This document shows, piece after piece, positions 9,649 to 19,553 of a stretch of 64,000 bases of DNA. The stretch lies in contig CAVXEP010000030.1 in assembly GCA_963760795.1 (NCBI GenBank), positions 64,001 to 128,000 on the forward strand. Direction: 5' to 3'. The notes beneath the pieces were generated by a model. The model did not search any database and was not told the origin of the DNA. It was given only the letters and a program-made list of their open reading frames with translations. Numbering within the stretch: the first letter of the stretch is position 1; every line of letters starts with the position of its first letter. The stretch comes from an uncultured delta proteobacterium. Lineage in GTDB: Bacteria; Desulfobacterota; Binatia; UBA9968. Position numbers and translations under genes: made by a program.

Positions 9649-10587
9649 ATGAAGATTTTTGTTGCAGGGGGAACAGGAGCGATCGGTCGTCCGCTGATCG
9701 CGGAATTGCTTGCCAAAGGACACGCGCTAGTTGCTCTGACCCGTGACTCAGAAAAAACTCAGGCTTTAGTGGAACAAGGCGTAGAACCTGCGATCGCCGA
9801 TGTATTTGATCCCGATGCGGTCAAAGCGGTTGTCGGTCGCGCTCAGCCGGAAGTCGTGATTGAACAACTCACCGCCCTACCCAGAACCTACACCCGTGAG
9901 TCAATGAGTGCCGCCGCCGCCTTCAACACTCGCATCCGTTTAGAAGGGGGTGCCAATGTGCTGGCAGCCGCGCAAGCGGCGGGTGTGCGGCGTTACCTGA
10001 GGCAGTCGATCGCATTCTGGGCGGTTCCCGGTCCTGGATTGGCAGATGAAGAAACGCCGCTAGCCTTTGATGCCTCGCCTGCGGTTGCAGCAGATGCCCG
10101 CGTAGTAACTGAGCTTGAGCATCGCTTACTAGGAAATCCCAACATAGAAGGGATTGCCCTGCGTTATGGCTTCTTATATGGACCCGGCACCTGGTTCACC
10201 CCCGATGGCGATGTTGCCCGACAGGTGCGACAGCAACAGTTCCCGATCGTCGGCAATGGCGAAGGCGTCTGGTCGTGGTTACACATTGAGGACGCGGCGA
10301 TTGCCACCGTTGCAGCAGCAGAGCAAGGCAATCCTGGGATTTATCTGATTGCGAATGATCAACCTTTAGCGGTGCGCGAATGGCTCCCTGCGTTTGCTCA
10401 ATGGCTGAATGCTCCACCACCGGCGCAGATATCGGTTGAGGATGCGCTGAAAGCGAGTGGTGCGGATGCGGTTTACTACGGGACTCAGATGCGAGGGGTA
10501 TCGAATGCCAAGGCGAAACGCGAACTGAATTTTCAGCCGCGACCGTTGGAGTGGATCGTTGACAGCGCCGTGGCCCATGCCAGTTAA
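9649..10587 (+). CDS. NAD-dependent epimerase/dehydratase family protein
   Basis: MKIFVAGGTGAIG, LRYGFLYGPG, WLHIEDAA. Confidence 0.92.
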   Translation: MKIFVAGGTGAIGRPLIAELLAKGHALVALTRDSEKTQALVEQGVEPAIADVFDPDAVKAVVGRAQPEVVIEQLTALPRTYTRESMSAAAAFNTRIRLEGGANVLAAAQAAGVRRYLRQSIAFWAVPGPGLADEETPLAFDASPAVAADARVVTELEHRLLGNPNIEGIALRYGFLYGPGTWFTPDGDVARQVRQQQFPIVGNGEGVWSWLHIEDAAIATVAAAEQGNPGIYLIANDQPLAVREWLPAFAQWLNAPPPAQISVEDALKASGADAVYYGTQMRGVSNAKAKRELNFQPRPLEWIVDSAVAHAS

Positions 10588-10635
10588 CAAGCTAGGGGAG
10601 AAGCAAGCTGAAGATTGCTCAACGGTAATTAATCA

Positions 10636-10850
10636 TTCTCGGCGCGGCGTCCGAGCCGCTGCAGGTTCCCGGATTCCGCTCATCCTGGGAAGACGCTCGG
10701 TGTGGGGTTGGCCTTCCGGCATCTCCATCGATTCCCAGGACACGCTCAATTTCGGCTAGCTCACCGGCGGGCGGACGATGAGCGAGGCTTTTTCGCTCGA
10801 GCGCGCGGCCGAAGCCTACGAGCCCACGATGAGCGGCGGTGCTCACCATG
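10636..10850 (+). pseudogene. Zn-alcohol dehydrogenase C-terminal relic
   Basis: LILGRRSVWGWPSGISIDSQDTL, stop, then FSLERAAEAYE..MSG. Confidence 0.6.
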
Positions 10851-10916
10851 AGCGATCGCACATTCACAAGCCATTGAATAAGAGCAACATTTAAATAAAG
10901 AAGGAGAACCAGAACA

Positions 10917-11106
10917 CGAGTGATAGAAATTCAAAGCGAACGCCGACCGATCTCACCGGAGATGCGGTTGAGGAAAATTCGAGCAAGTTGCGTCGGCTGC
11001 TTGCCGACGGTTTGCGCTATACGTGAAGACGAAGAACTTTCACTGGCACATCAGCGGGCGGCACCGCCTGCTGCTCGGTGAGCAGTCCAGGCAAATCTTT
11101 GCGGTG
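10917..11106 (+). pseudogene. dps: Dps (ferritin-like) N-terminal relic
   Basis: TPTDL...LRRLLAD, frameshift, ALYVKTKNFHWHISGRH..LLLGEQ; truncated. Confidence 0.7.
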
Positions 11107-11133
11107 CCTCGGGCAAAGAACGAAAGGTCAATT

Positions 11134-11526
11134 ATGCTGAGGAAGAAAATAATGATGGTGGTCCTAACAGCTCTCATTGCCGGCCCGGTGATGGCTCAGG
11201 AGGCCAAGGTCACGTCGCTCATCTCCAAGGATCTGAGAGAATTTTCCGGCAAGGAAGGTTTGATGATAACAGTGGAGTATCCGCCCGGTGGGTCAGACCC
11301 TGCCCATCGACACGATGCACACGTGTTTGTTTACGTGCTGGAAGGCTCCATCGTGATGCAGGTTAAGGGCGGAAAAGAAGTAACCCTGACACCCGGGCAG
11401 ACCTTTTATGAAGACCCCAAGGATGTCCATGTCGTCAGCCGGAACGCGAGCAAAACCACGCCAGCCAAATTCCTGGTTTTCTTTGTCAAGGACAAGAGCG
11501 CTCCGGTGCTAAAGCCAGTGAAGTGA
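11134..11526 (+). CDS. Exported cupin domain protein
   Basis: Signal peptide; VEYPPGGSDPAHRHDAHVFVYVLEG. The ORF-track start (11023) lies in the dps relic. Confidence 0.88.
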   Translation: MLRKKIMMVVLTALIAGPVMAQEAKVTSLISKDLREFSGKEGLMITVEYPPGGSDPAHRHDAHVFVYVLEGSIVMQVKGGKEVTLTPGQTFYEDPKDVHVVSRNASKTTPAKFLVFFVKDKSAPVLKPVK

Positions 11527-11819
11527 CGCGGAGTGTCTCTTCCCGCTTGCTCCCATTATCGGCGATGGAGCGTACTATTCCACGACGGAATCGAGATCCA
11601 GCTTCGTTATGTCGCGACTGAGGACATCAAGCCTTTGCTCGCGGCGAGAAGAGAAACATCGGAAGGGGAATATGGCAAACCCGCCGATGCGGCGTACACA
11701 AAACCTGTATTCCTTTGCCATCAACCTGTGCAAGCGCGCGACTTTGTCTTCACCCGTTACGCACTATGAGCGCCAGTAATGAACTTCAGCACTTATAACA
11801 AAGAGAAGGAGCAGTAATC

Positions 11820-12266
11820 ATGAACATGAAACTAGAAGTGGTACTCGTCCCTGTTTCCGACGTCGATCGCGCCAAAGCATTCTACGAGAAAGTGGGGTTC
11901 CGATTAGATATCGATGTCGCGAATGAAAACTTTCGCGGCATACAATTCACTCCTCCTCGATCGGAGGCGTCGATCATCTTCGGCAAGGGAGTCACGTCAG
12001 CCAAGTCTAGCTCCACGGAGCTGGTCCTCGCCGTGGACAACGTCGACGCCGCCCGCAACGACTTGATCGCCCGCGGCGTCGACGTGAGCGAGGTCTTCCA
12101 TTACGCCGGCGGCCCCTTCAACAACGCCGTGGAGAACCCGCGCGTCGCTGGGCGCGATCCGGAAGGTCGTTCCTACTTCTCGTTCGCCTCGTTTGAGGAT
12201 CCAGACGGGAACCGCTGGCTGCTCCAGGAGATCAAGGAGCGGCTTCCCGGCCGCGAATGGAAGTAG
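11820..12266 (+). CDS. VOC/glyoxalase family protein
   Basis: PVSDVDRAKAFYE, FEDPDGNRWLLQE. Confidence 0.92.
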   Translation: MNMKLEVVLVPVSDVDRAKAFYEKVGFRLDIDVANENFRGIQFTPPRSEASIIFGKGVTSAKSSSTELVLAVDNVDAARNDLIARGVDVSEVFHYAGGPFNNAVENPRVAGRDPEGRSYFSFASFEDPDGNRWLLQEIKERLPGREWK

Positions 12267-12387
12267 AAGCGAGCACGAGCGCGTTTGGGACACGACGATC
12301 TCGACCTGCGCGGCTGGACGCGACCTACCGTTCGTGGCTCGCTCAAACCTGCACTCGAACCCTCTGCCGAGGCCCGCACCAGTAGGT

Positions 12388-13152
12388 TTACCGGGCGAGG
12401 TCGCCGAGAAGGATGAGGGCTGCGAACCCCGCAGCGGCGAGAACGCCGGAATAGCGGGGCCCATTGTGGAAGGCCTCCGGGATCATGCTTTCCGCCGTCA
12501 TGGCGATGAGCGCCCCGGCTCCGTATGCCTTGAGGATTGCCTTCGCGTGAGGGCCAAGGTCACTCAGGAAGTAGAAGGCAAGAGCCGTGATCGCCGCCGT
12601 AACAAGCGTAGTACCGCTCCATAGGATCAGCACGTAAGTAGATGAGCGGGACGCGAGACGCATACCGGCCGTCCCGGAAAGTGCCTCCGGCACGTTTGCG
12701 AGCGAAAGCGCGATGACCAGTGCCAGATCGGGTCCCCCGGCCCTCAGGGTGAAGCCAAGGACTAGCGCCTCCGGCACAGCATCAAGCGCGGTGCCGAGTG
12801 CAATGGAGGTGCCGCTGCCCGGCGCCTCGGCTTCCGACGGCTGCGGCTTGCATTCCCCGCAGCGCTTGCGGTCGTTGGCGGTTGCGAGAGCTGCGTTCGC
12901 GATACTGAACGTAGCGGCACCGGCAACAATTCCGCCTACAGTGGATGCCGCGCCGGCCAGCATGAGCGCCTCGGATGCGACCTTGAACGAGGCAGCGGAA
13001 AGCAGCACGCCCGCCCCGAGCGACATGAAAGCGGCGATGGCCCGGTGCCGGAGGTGCGTTATTAGCCCCAGAATCGCGCCGACAAGCGCGCCGGACGCCG
13101 GAGCTAAACCCCAGCAGAAGGCCCACACTGCTCCAATGATACCTTCGGACAT
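12388..13152 (-). CDS. ZIP family metal transporter
   Basis: Multiple TM helices; LDAVPEAL, LANVPEALSG, ESMIPEAF. Confidence 0.88.
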   Translation of the reverse strand: MSEGIIGAVWAFCWGLAPASGALVGAILGLITHLRHRAIAAFMSLGAGVLLSAASFKVASEALMLAGAASTVGGIVAGAATFSIANAALATANDRKRCGECKPQPSEAEAPGSGTSIALGTALDAVPEALVLGFTLRAGGPDLALVIALSLANVPEALSGTAGMRLASRSSTYVLILWSGTTLVTAAITALAFYFLSDLGPHAKAILKAYGAGALIAMTAESMIPEAFHNGPRYSGVLAAAGFAALILLGDLAR

Positions 13153-13354
13153 TGCATGCTCCTCTTGGTCGTGACCCACGGAATCCGGCCAGCGGCAAAC
13201 AAGACGGTGCAGGAGGAAATCGCGCGCACAGCTAAAGGCCGCGCCGTTCTGGCCGCTATAGCCATCAACGAAGCAAATATGCGTACCGTGCTACGTATCG
13301 GCGCTGTGCATTGCTTTGCACACCTCTAACGTGGATTCGCTGGACGATCTGCTG

Positions 13355-13876
13355 TTAGGCCTGCTTTGCAACCTTATCGGTGCGAATCGGCAGTCTCCAG
13401 TTGGGCCGGATGAAATGGCAGGTGTAGCCATCGGGATATCGTTGGAGGTAATCCTGATGCTCGGGTTCGGCCTCCCAGAAGTCGCCTGCCGGAACGACTT
13501 CCGTAACGACCTTGCCCGGCCACAGCCCTGAAGCATCGACGTCGGCGATGGTGTCTTCGGCAATCCGCTTCTGCTCGTCACTGGTGTAGAAGATCGCAGA
13601 TCGATAGCTGGTCCCGCTGTCGTTGCCCTGGCGATTGCGCGTGCTTGGGTCGTGAATCTGGAAGAACAATTCGAGGATCTGCCGATAACTGATCCGGGCA
13701 GGATCAAAGATGATCTCGACTGCTTCGGCATGTGAGCCGTGATTGCGATAGGTAGCGTGGGACACGCTGCCGCCGGTGTAACCGACCCGTGTCGACAGAA
13801 CGCCGTCGTGGCGGCGAATAAGATCCTGTACGCCCCAGAAGCAACCGCCGGCAAGAACGGCGCGTTCCTCAGTCAT
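13355..13876 (-). CDS. msrA: Peptide methionine (S)-sulfoxide reductase
   Basis: [14 protein letters not shown]; start overlaps msrB stop. Confidence 0.96.
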   Translation of the reverse strand: MTEERAVLAGGCFWGVQDLIRRHDGVLSTRVGYTGGSVSHATYRNHGSHAEAVEIIFDPARISYRQILELFFQIHDPSTRNRQGNDSGTSYRSAIFYTSDEQKRIAEDTIADVDASGLWPGKVVTEVVPAGDFWEAEPEHQDYLQRYPDGYTCHFIRPNWRLPIRTDKVAKQA

Positions 13877-14322
13877 TGGACATCCTCCACTTGGTTCAAG
13901 TAAGCCCCATAACCCTCGGCTTCCATATCGTCCCGATGGACAAACCGTAAGGAGGCCGAGTTGATGCAATAGCGCAATCCGCCGCGGTCACTCGGACCGT
14001 CGGGAAACACGTGCCCGAGATGGCTGTCTGCGTGCGCCGAGCGCACCTCTGTGCGTGCCATGCCGTGCGTGATGTCTCGTAACTCGTTGACGTTGGCCGG
14101 TTCAATGGGTTTGGTGAAGCTAGGCCAGCCGCATCCGGATTCAAACTTGTCGGAGGACGCGAACAGCGGCTCACCCGACACAATATCGACGTAGATGCCG
14201 GGTTGCTTGTTATCCAGATATTCCCCGGTTCCAGGAGCTTCAGTGCCGTTTTGCTGCGTTACGCGATATTGCTCCGGCGAAAGCCTTGCCATGACGTCGG
14301 GCTCCTTGCTGAACTTTCTCAT
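13873..14322 (-). CDS. msrB: Peptide methionine (R)-sulfoxide reductase
   Basis: [27 protein letters not shown]. Confidence 0.96.
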   Translation of the reverse strand: MRKFSKEPDVMARLSPEQYRVTQQNGTEAPGTGEYLDNKQPGIYVDIVSGEPLFASSDKFESGCGWPSFTKPIEPANVNELRDITHGMARTEVRSAHADSHLGHVFPDGPSDRGGLRYCINSASLRFVHRDDMEAEGYGAYLNQVEDVQ

Positions 14323-14589
14323 TTTTCTTTCTCCTCGTGCTGGACGTAGCCGGAATGAATATCGAGAGCTTCGTGCGGCGCTGACAGTCGAAGCAGCCGC
14401 CCGTCTATGCCGCGGACAAGACCTGAAAAAATCTCTAGAATTTCCGGATACAGCCGGATTGCCCAAGATACCGGCATCGCTAGTCACTAAGCGAAGAGTT
14501 GTTGAAAGACCGGCCAAGGCTCGTTCGCGCTATAAAAGAACTGCAGGAGGCGCCCCATAACTCATCCTCCCTTTTCAGACACTCCTACT

Positions 14590-14732
14590 TTAAAGCGTGT
14601 ACGTTAAGATCACTTTCGTCCAGTAAGTACAGCTATCACCCGCGTACTTGTGGTACAAGAAAGCCTGTGTGCAAAAGTGAAATTTACGACGCAAGCGCAG
14701 TTACTCGTCCGAACTGGAACAGCAGCGTTGAC
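14590..14732. repeat. Near-identical direct repeat, copy 1 (copy 2 at 15008-15152)
   Basis: One mismatch plus a 2-nt indel; weaker similarity extends about 100 bp upstream of each copy. Confidence 0.92.
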
Positions 14733-15007
14733 CGTAGAGAAATCCGGCCCGTTCTTCGCGTTGGTACCCGAGTGCGGGCGTGCAGGAGTTCGTCAGGAAG
14801 AATGCGGCGACATTTACCGCGTCGGCAAAGAGACGACCGGTAACGCCTAGGAGAAAGAACATGCCACATCTCAAGTATACAACGTCCAAAGGCGCGTCGG
14901 CGACAGACTGCGAAGGTTGTTGCAAGAGCGGCCAAGCACGTTCGAGGAGTAGAAGTTCTGCAGGAGGCACCCATAAATCAGCCTCGAAGCAGATACGTCC
15001 GATGACC

Positions 15008-15152
15008 TTAAAGCGTGTACGTTAAGATCACTTTCGCCCAGTAAGTACAGCTATCACCCGCGTACTTGTGGTACAAGAACGAGCCTGTGTGCAAAAGTGA
15101 AATTTACGACGCAAGCGCAGTTACTCGTCCGAACTGGAACAGCAGCGTTGAC
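15008..15152. repeat. Near-identical direct repeat, copy 2
   Basis: Matches 14590-14732. Confidence 0.92.
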
Positions 15153-15281
15153 ATTGTATGACGTGAACCGGTTTTGAAGGCCAACGGCACACGCGGGTCA
15201 GCGTTTCTCAGAAACCGCATGTTGACAGAGCCGTCGCAGAGACAAAGGCGAACCTGCGCCGCACCACAAAGGATCGCTCAA

Positions 15282-16244
15282 ATGCCGAAATCATCGATAC
15301 AAAAGTTGTTTACAGTTGTACTCGTACTCAATTTCGTGATTTCAGCTGGGTGTGCCCAACTTTGGCGTGAGCGAGACCCGCAAGCGGAAATCGGCTTCAT
15401 AGACATCAATTCCGACATGAAGCTCAGAAGAATGATTGTTCGCAACGCGAGACCGAAAGGCGTTGTGCTCTTCCTGCATGGCTTTCCTGAGACTCTGTAT
15501 GCCTGGAAGCACATCTCCGTGATTCTCGCCAGAGACTACGAAGTACATGCTTTTGATTGGCCGGGCTACGGTCTTTCCTCGAGACCGCCTGCTGATCAAT
15601 TTTCTTACGCGCCCAAAGACTATGCGCACGTTTTGAAGGAATACATCACGAAATCAGGCATCGATACTTCAAAGCTCGTGATCTATGCCACGGATATCGG
15701 CGCCTTGCCCGCCCTTATTGTTGCTTTAGACGAACCCAACTTTGCGAAAAAAATGATTGTCGGTGATTTCGCCCCGTTTGATAGACCTCAGTACATGCAT
15801 GCCAATTTACAAAGCCTGAAATCCAAGCTTTCTTCTGACCGCACTCGCGACCACATGAACAACACTCGCGATGAAATTCTGGAGAATGCCTTCCGAAGAG
15901 GGTTGTCCAGGGATGAGCAGTTTGAACTTTCTCAGGAATTCCGAGATGACATGTTTAGAGGATGGAGCCAAGACAACATGACATCCGCGGACGCCTTCTA
16001 TCATTACTATTCACACTTCACTAGGGACCAAGACTATTTTGAGTCCAATCTGAACAGGCTCAAAACGCCCGTTACCGTCATTTGGGGTGAGAAAGATTTT
16101 TATATCAACAAAGAAATGGGAGTTGAGTTCGCCAGTAAAGCCAGAATAGAGCTCATTGTTCTTTCCCGTCTTGGGCACTATCCGCATCTCCAAAGCCCAA
16201 AACGAACAATCGACGAAATTCGTGCGTCATTTGATAAACGATAA
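15282..16244 (+). CDS. Alpha/beta hydrolase (epoxide hydrolase/dehalogenase-like), possible lipoprotein
   Basis: LFLHGFPE, ATDIG (Asp nucleophile), GHYPH; lipobox-like ISAGC; start uncertain. Confidence 0.85.
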   Translation: MPKSSIQKLFTVVLVLNFVISAGCAQLWRERDPQAEIGFIDINSDMKLRRMIVRNARPKGVVLFLHGFPETLYAWKHISVILARDYEVHAFDWPGYGLSSRPPADQFSYAPKDYAHVLKEYITKSGIDTSKLVIYATDIGALPALIVALDEPNFAKKMIVGDFAPFDRPQYMHANLQSLKSKLSSDRTRDHMNNTRDEILENAFRRGLSRDEQFELSQEFRDDMFRGWSQDNMTSADAFYHYYSHFTRDQDYFESNLNRLKTPVTVIWGEKDFYINKEMGVEFASKARIELIVLSRLGHYPHLQSPKRTIDEIRASFDKR

Positions 16245-16428
16245 ATTTCAAGAGCGCTAGATGGCTCGCGCAGAGATCCACGGTGTGGCTTGACGCATAC
16301 CAAGAAATTCGTCGCGCTACATGGAGGCAGGGGGCTAGGCTAGGGCAAATCTTGACTTTGGTATTTAGCAAGGATGATTTATAGGTAATTCATGGCACGG
16401 CCATCGCGCAGGTCGGCAGGAAGGTTTG

Positions 16429-17370
16429 ATGTCTATGGACACTGTGAGAGTCGCCTATCGCGACGATGATCGAACTCCGGTCATCTACTGCATCAAAGAA
16501 ATGGGCGCGAAACATTATGGCATCAACGTTGAGGTTTTGAAGATCAAAGATTATGGCGCGTTCGAAGCTTCGCTGTTCAACGATTCAGCCGATGTGTTGA
16601 TCGACCACGTGGAATTTCTTTACGCCGAGGCAACCAAAGGGAAAAAAATTACTTTCTTTTGCGCCCCCCGCATCGTCCGCGGTTTGGATTTGATGGTGCC
16701 CAAGCACGTCGAAAACGTCAGCGAATTCGCCGGCAAGAATATGGCGGTCAGGGATTCGGGCCGGCCTTATACGGTTACGCTCTGGCTGAGGATGATGGGA
16801 TTAGAGGGCAAAGTCGGGGTTCCCATCTTCAAGGATGCGGACGTGGGAAGGTGGGGGCAGTGGAAGAAAGTCGTAAGCGGAGAATGCATCGCTTGCTTTA
16901 TGGATCCCCTGTACCAGGCAGAGCCCTTGAAAGCCGGTTTAAAGTTTCTCCCGGTTCCCGATCTTGCCGCGGTGAGCCATTACGCCCAGGCGTGCACCGC
17001 CGAGTTCGCGCGCAAGAAATCTGCCGTATTAAAAAATTATGTGAAGGCGGTCATTCATGGGATTTGCTGGATGAAGCATCGCAAGCAGGAAGCCATGAAA
17101 GTTGTCACGGGAGAGCCGATGCAGCGGATGAAAATTAGCGATGTCCATGAGATGGAGAAACATTTTGACGCCATTGTCGGCAAGCTGCAGATCAAACCGT
17201 ACCCGACGCCGCAGGCCCTGGCCGCCACCTACGAGATCGCTTGCGAGGAATATGGCGCCGCGAACCTAAATCCACTGGCTCTCTGGGATATGCATTGGGT
17301 TAAGGAGCTTGACGACGAAGGCTTCATCGATGCGCTGATTCGGAGTATGTCTGACCGGAAAGCGCGTTGA
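16429..17370 (+). CDS. NitT/TauT-like substrate-binding-fold protein without signal peptide
   Basis: KPYPT..., VKELDDEGFIDAL C-terminus shared with other SBPs in the window. Confidence 0.8.
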   Translation: MSMDTVRVAYRDDDRTPVIYCIKEMGAKHYGINVEVLKIKDYGAFEASLFNDSADVLIDHVEFLYAEATKGKKITFFCAPRIVRGLDLMVPKHVENVSEFAGKNMAVRDSGRPYTVTLWLRMMGLEGKVGVPIFKDADVGRWGQWKKVVSGECIACFMDPLYQAEPLKAGLKFLPVPDLAAVSHYAQACTAEFARKKSAVLKNYVKAVIHGICWMKHRKQEAMKVVTGEPMQRMKISDVHEMEKHFDAIVGKLQIKPYPTPQALAATYEIACEEYGAANLNPLALWDMHWVKELDDEGFIDALIRSMSDRKAR

Positions 17371-17420
17371 CTTACTTTTTTTCCCAACGATAAGACCAAC
17401 CGGTGATTGAGGGGCAATCC

Positions 17421-18546
17421 ATGGCGACAAATGACGTTTGGGGCGCGCGGGCGGACCAGGTCGGCAGCCTGCTGCGGCCGGATCGCTTGATTGCAGCGCG
17501 CGAGAAGGCAAACGCTGGCCAGATGGAGGCGGTCGAGCTCCGCGCGATGGAGGACGACGCCATTCGGGAAGTCGTTCGCATGCAGGAAGCGGTCGGGTTA
17601 CGGATCGTGACCGATGGTGAGTACCGCCGCGCGAGCTATTCCGATTCATTCACGGCTTCCGGCATTACCGGCGTTGAACTGCGGGAAACCGAGCGCGAGG
17701 GGTGGTCCAAATCGACAAAGTTCGGGTCGCGGACCGCTCGGCTCATTCCGGCCGTCGTCGATCGTCTCGAATGGGCCGGCGGCGCCAACGCCAGGGATTT
17801 CGCCTTTCTTCGATCCGTCACCAGCCAGATCCCCAAAATCACCTTGCCTGGACCTGGCTACATCCACTACCGCGCCGGTCGCGCCAACATCAGTCGAAGC
17901 GTCTATCCCGATCTCGACCGCTTCTGGTCCGATCTTGTCGACTGCTACGTGAAGGAATTGCGCTCGCTCGCGGATGTCGGCTGCACGCACCTGCAGATGG
18001 ACGAGACGTCCTTCGTCAAATTGGGCGACGCGAGGGTCCGCGCCATCCTGCGCGATCGCGGCGACGATTGGTCCGACCTTCTCGACCGGTACATCGCGGC
18101 GATGAACGCCATCGCCGAACAGGCGCCGCCGGGCATGAAGCTCGCCGTGCACATCTGCCGCAGCCAGAATCCCAATTGGCAGGCCAACGCCAGCTACGAC
18201 CCGATCGCCGAGAAGATTTTCAATGCGCTCAAGTTCAACGTGTATTTTCTCGAGTACGACAACGCCAACGCCGGCTCCTTCGAGCCCCTGCGCCTCGTGC
18301 CCCCGGGCAAGCGCGTCGTACTCGGCCTGATATCCACGCGCGTTCCCGAGATCGAGGATATCGATGGCCTGAAACGTCGCGATCGAGGAGGCGAGCGGCT
18401 ATATTCCACTGGCGCAATTGGCGATCGGTCCACAGTGCGGCTTCTCGACTAACCTAATCGAGGGCGTGCATCTCACCAATGAAATTCAGCGCGCGAAATT
18501 GGCACTCGTCGCGGTTGCCGCGCGGGAAATCTGGCCCGGGGGATGA
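17421..18546 (+). CDS. Cobalamin-independent methionine synthase II family protein (frameshift ~18380)
   Basis: DQVGSLLRP, VTDGEYRR, HICR, LEYD; +1 frame continues IEEAS...GPQCGFS to TGA 18546. Confidence 0.88.
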
Positions 18547-18680
18547 GATCAAGGAGCTCGATTGACGTGGCACTAAAGGCGGTGCGGGCCGTGGGCGTAA
18601 GTTATAAGTAAAGATTTGACCGTATTCCTGATTCGCGACTGAGACTCGGACGCTAATGGACTCAAAGGAGTTGGATCGTA

Positions 18681-19361
18681 ATGGCCGGCGAGACCGAAAG
18701 AGTATCTGATCTACCTTGGGAAGATGGTTTGCTCGAGAGAAAGGTCGAATCGGACCTCAAAGACCTACTTAAAACAATCGTTGCCTTTGCGAACTCGGTT
18801 AAACCGGGACACACGGCATTAATCCTGATCGGTGAAAAGGACGACGGCTCCGCCCAGGGAGTGAAGTCGCCCGACAACATCCAGAAGACCGTGAGAGAAC
18901 ACTGCAATAAAGTTTTTCCACCAATTCTATGGAGGACAGCCGTCTACGAGAAAGCCGGGAAACACTGCGTTCGAGTTGAAATAGAGTACGATGGCGACAC
19001 TCCTCACTTCGGGGACGCAGCCTGGGTGCGCCGCGGATCCTCGACTGAAAAAGCTAGTGATGAAGTGTTTCAGAAACTGATAGAACTTCGACTAAGCAAG
19101 GTCGAAGAACTAGCTCAATGGCTCGGCAAAGAGATTAGCATACAAGGAGATACCGGTGCCTTGCTCGATAAAAGGGTGGGAGTTCAGTACGAAGTTCATC
19201 CGAGGCTCGCGATGGAATCAAAAACAGGCGTTTTAAAGATCGTCAACAAATTTTGGGCCTCTTTTGAAATCGGCGAAGCACGAAAATCCGAGCCGTTAGA
19301 AAAGCTCATATTGACCTGGGACGATGCTAAAAGTCGTTTAAAAATTCTAGTGAGGCCGTAA
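18681..19361 (+). CDS. Schlafen AlbA_2 domain protein
   Basis: EDGLLERK, KTIVAFANS, LILIGEKDDG, WVRRGSSTEKAS. Confidence 0.85.
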   Translation: MAGETERVSDLPWEDGLLERKVESDLKDLLKTIVAFANSVKPGHTALILIGEKDDGSAQGVKSPDNIQKTVREHCNKVFPPILWRTAVYEKAGKHCVRVEIEYDGDTPHFGDAAWVRRGSSTEKASDEVFQKLIELRLSKVEELAQWLGKEISIQGDTGALLDKRVGVQYEVHPRLAMESKTGVLKIVNKFWASFEIGEARKSEPLEKLILTWDDAKSRLKILVRP

Positions 19362-19553
19362 AGAGCGATCATGGGACAGAAAAAGGTACCGGGAGTCTTT
19401 TTCGTCCTCTGCTGCAACCAAGTTAGCGGGGATCGCCCCACACCGGTTGAATCTCTGACGTCACCTCGGTGTTAAAAGTAAGTCCGAAATCCGCCGCGAC
19501 GCTTGCCAGCTCGATACCCTCGATACCATTGACTCGGCTTTCACCGGGCCGCG

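Noticed and set aside
11023-11526. Apparent Dps-cupin fusion
   Set aside because: Chance in-frame read-through from a relic; the cupin has its own start and signal peptide at 11134
14590-15152. CRISPR-like array
   Set aside because: Only two long copies, no regular spacers, no cas genes
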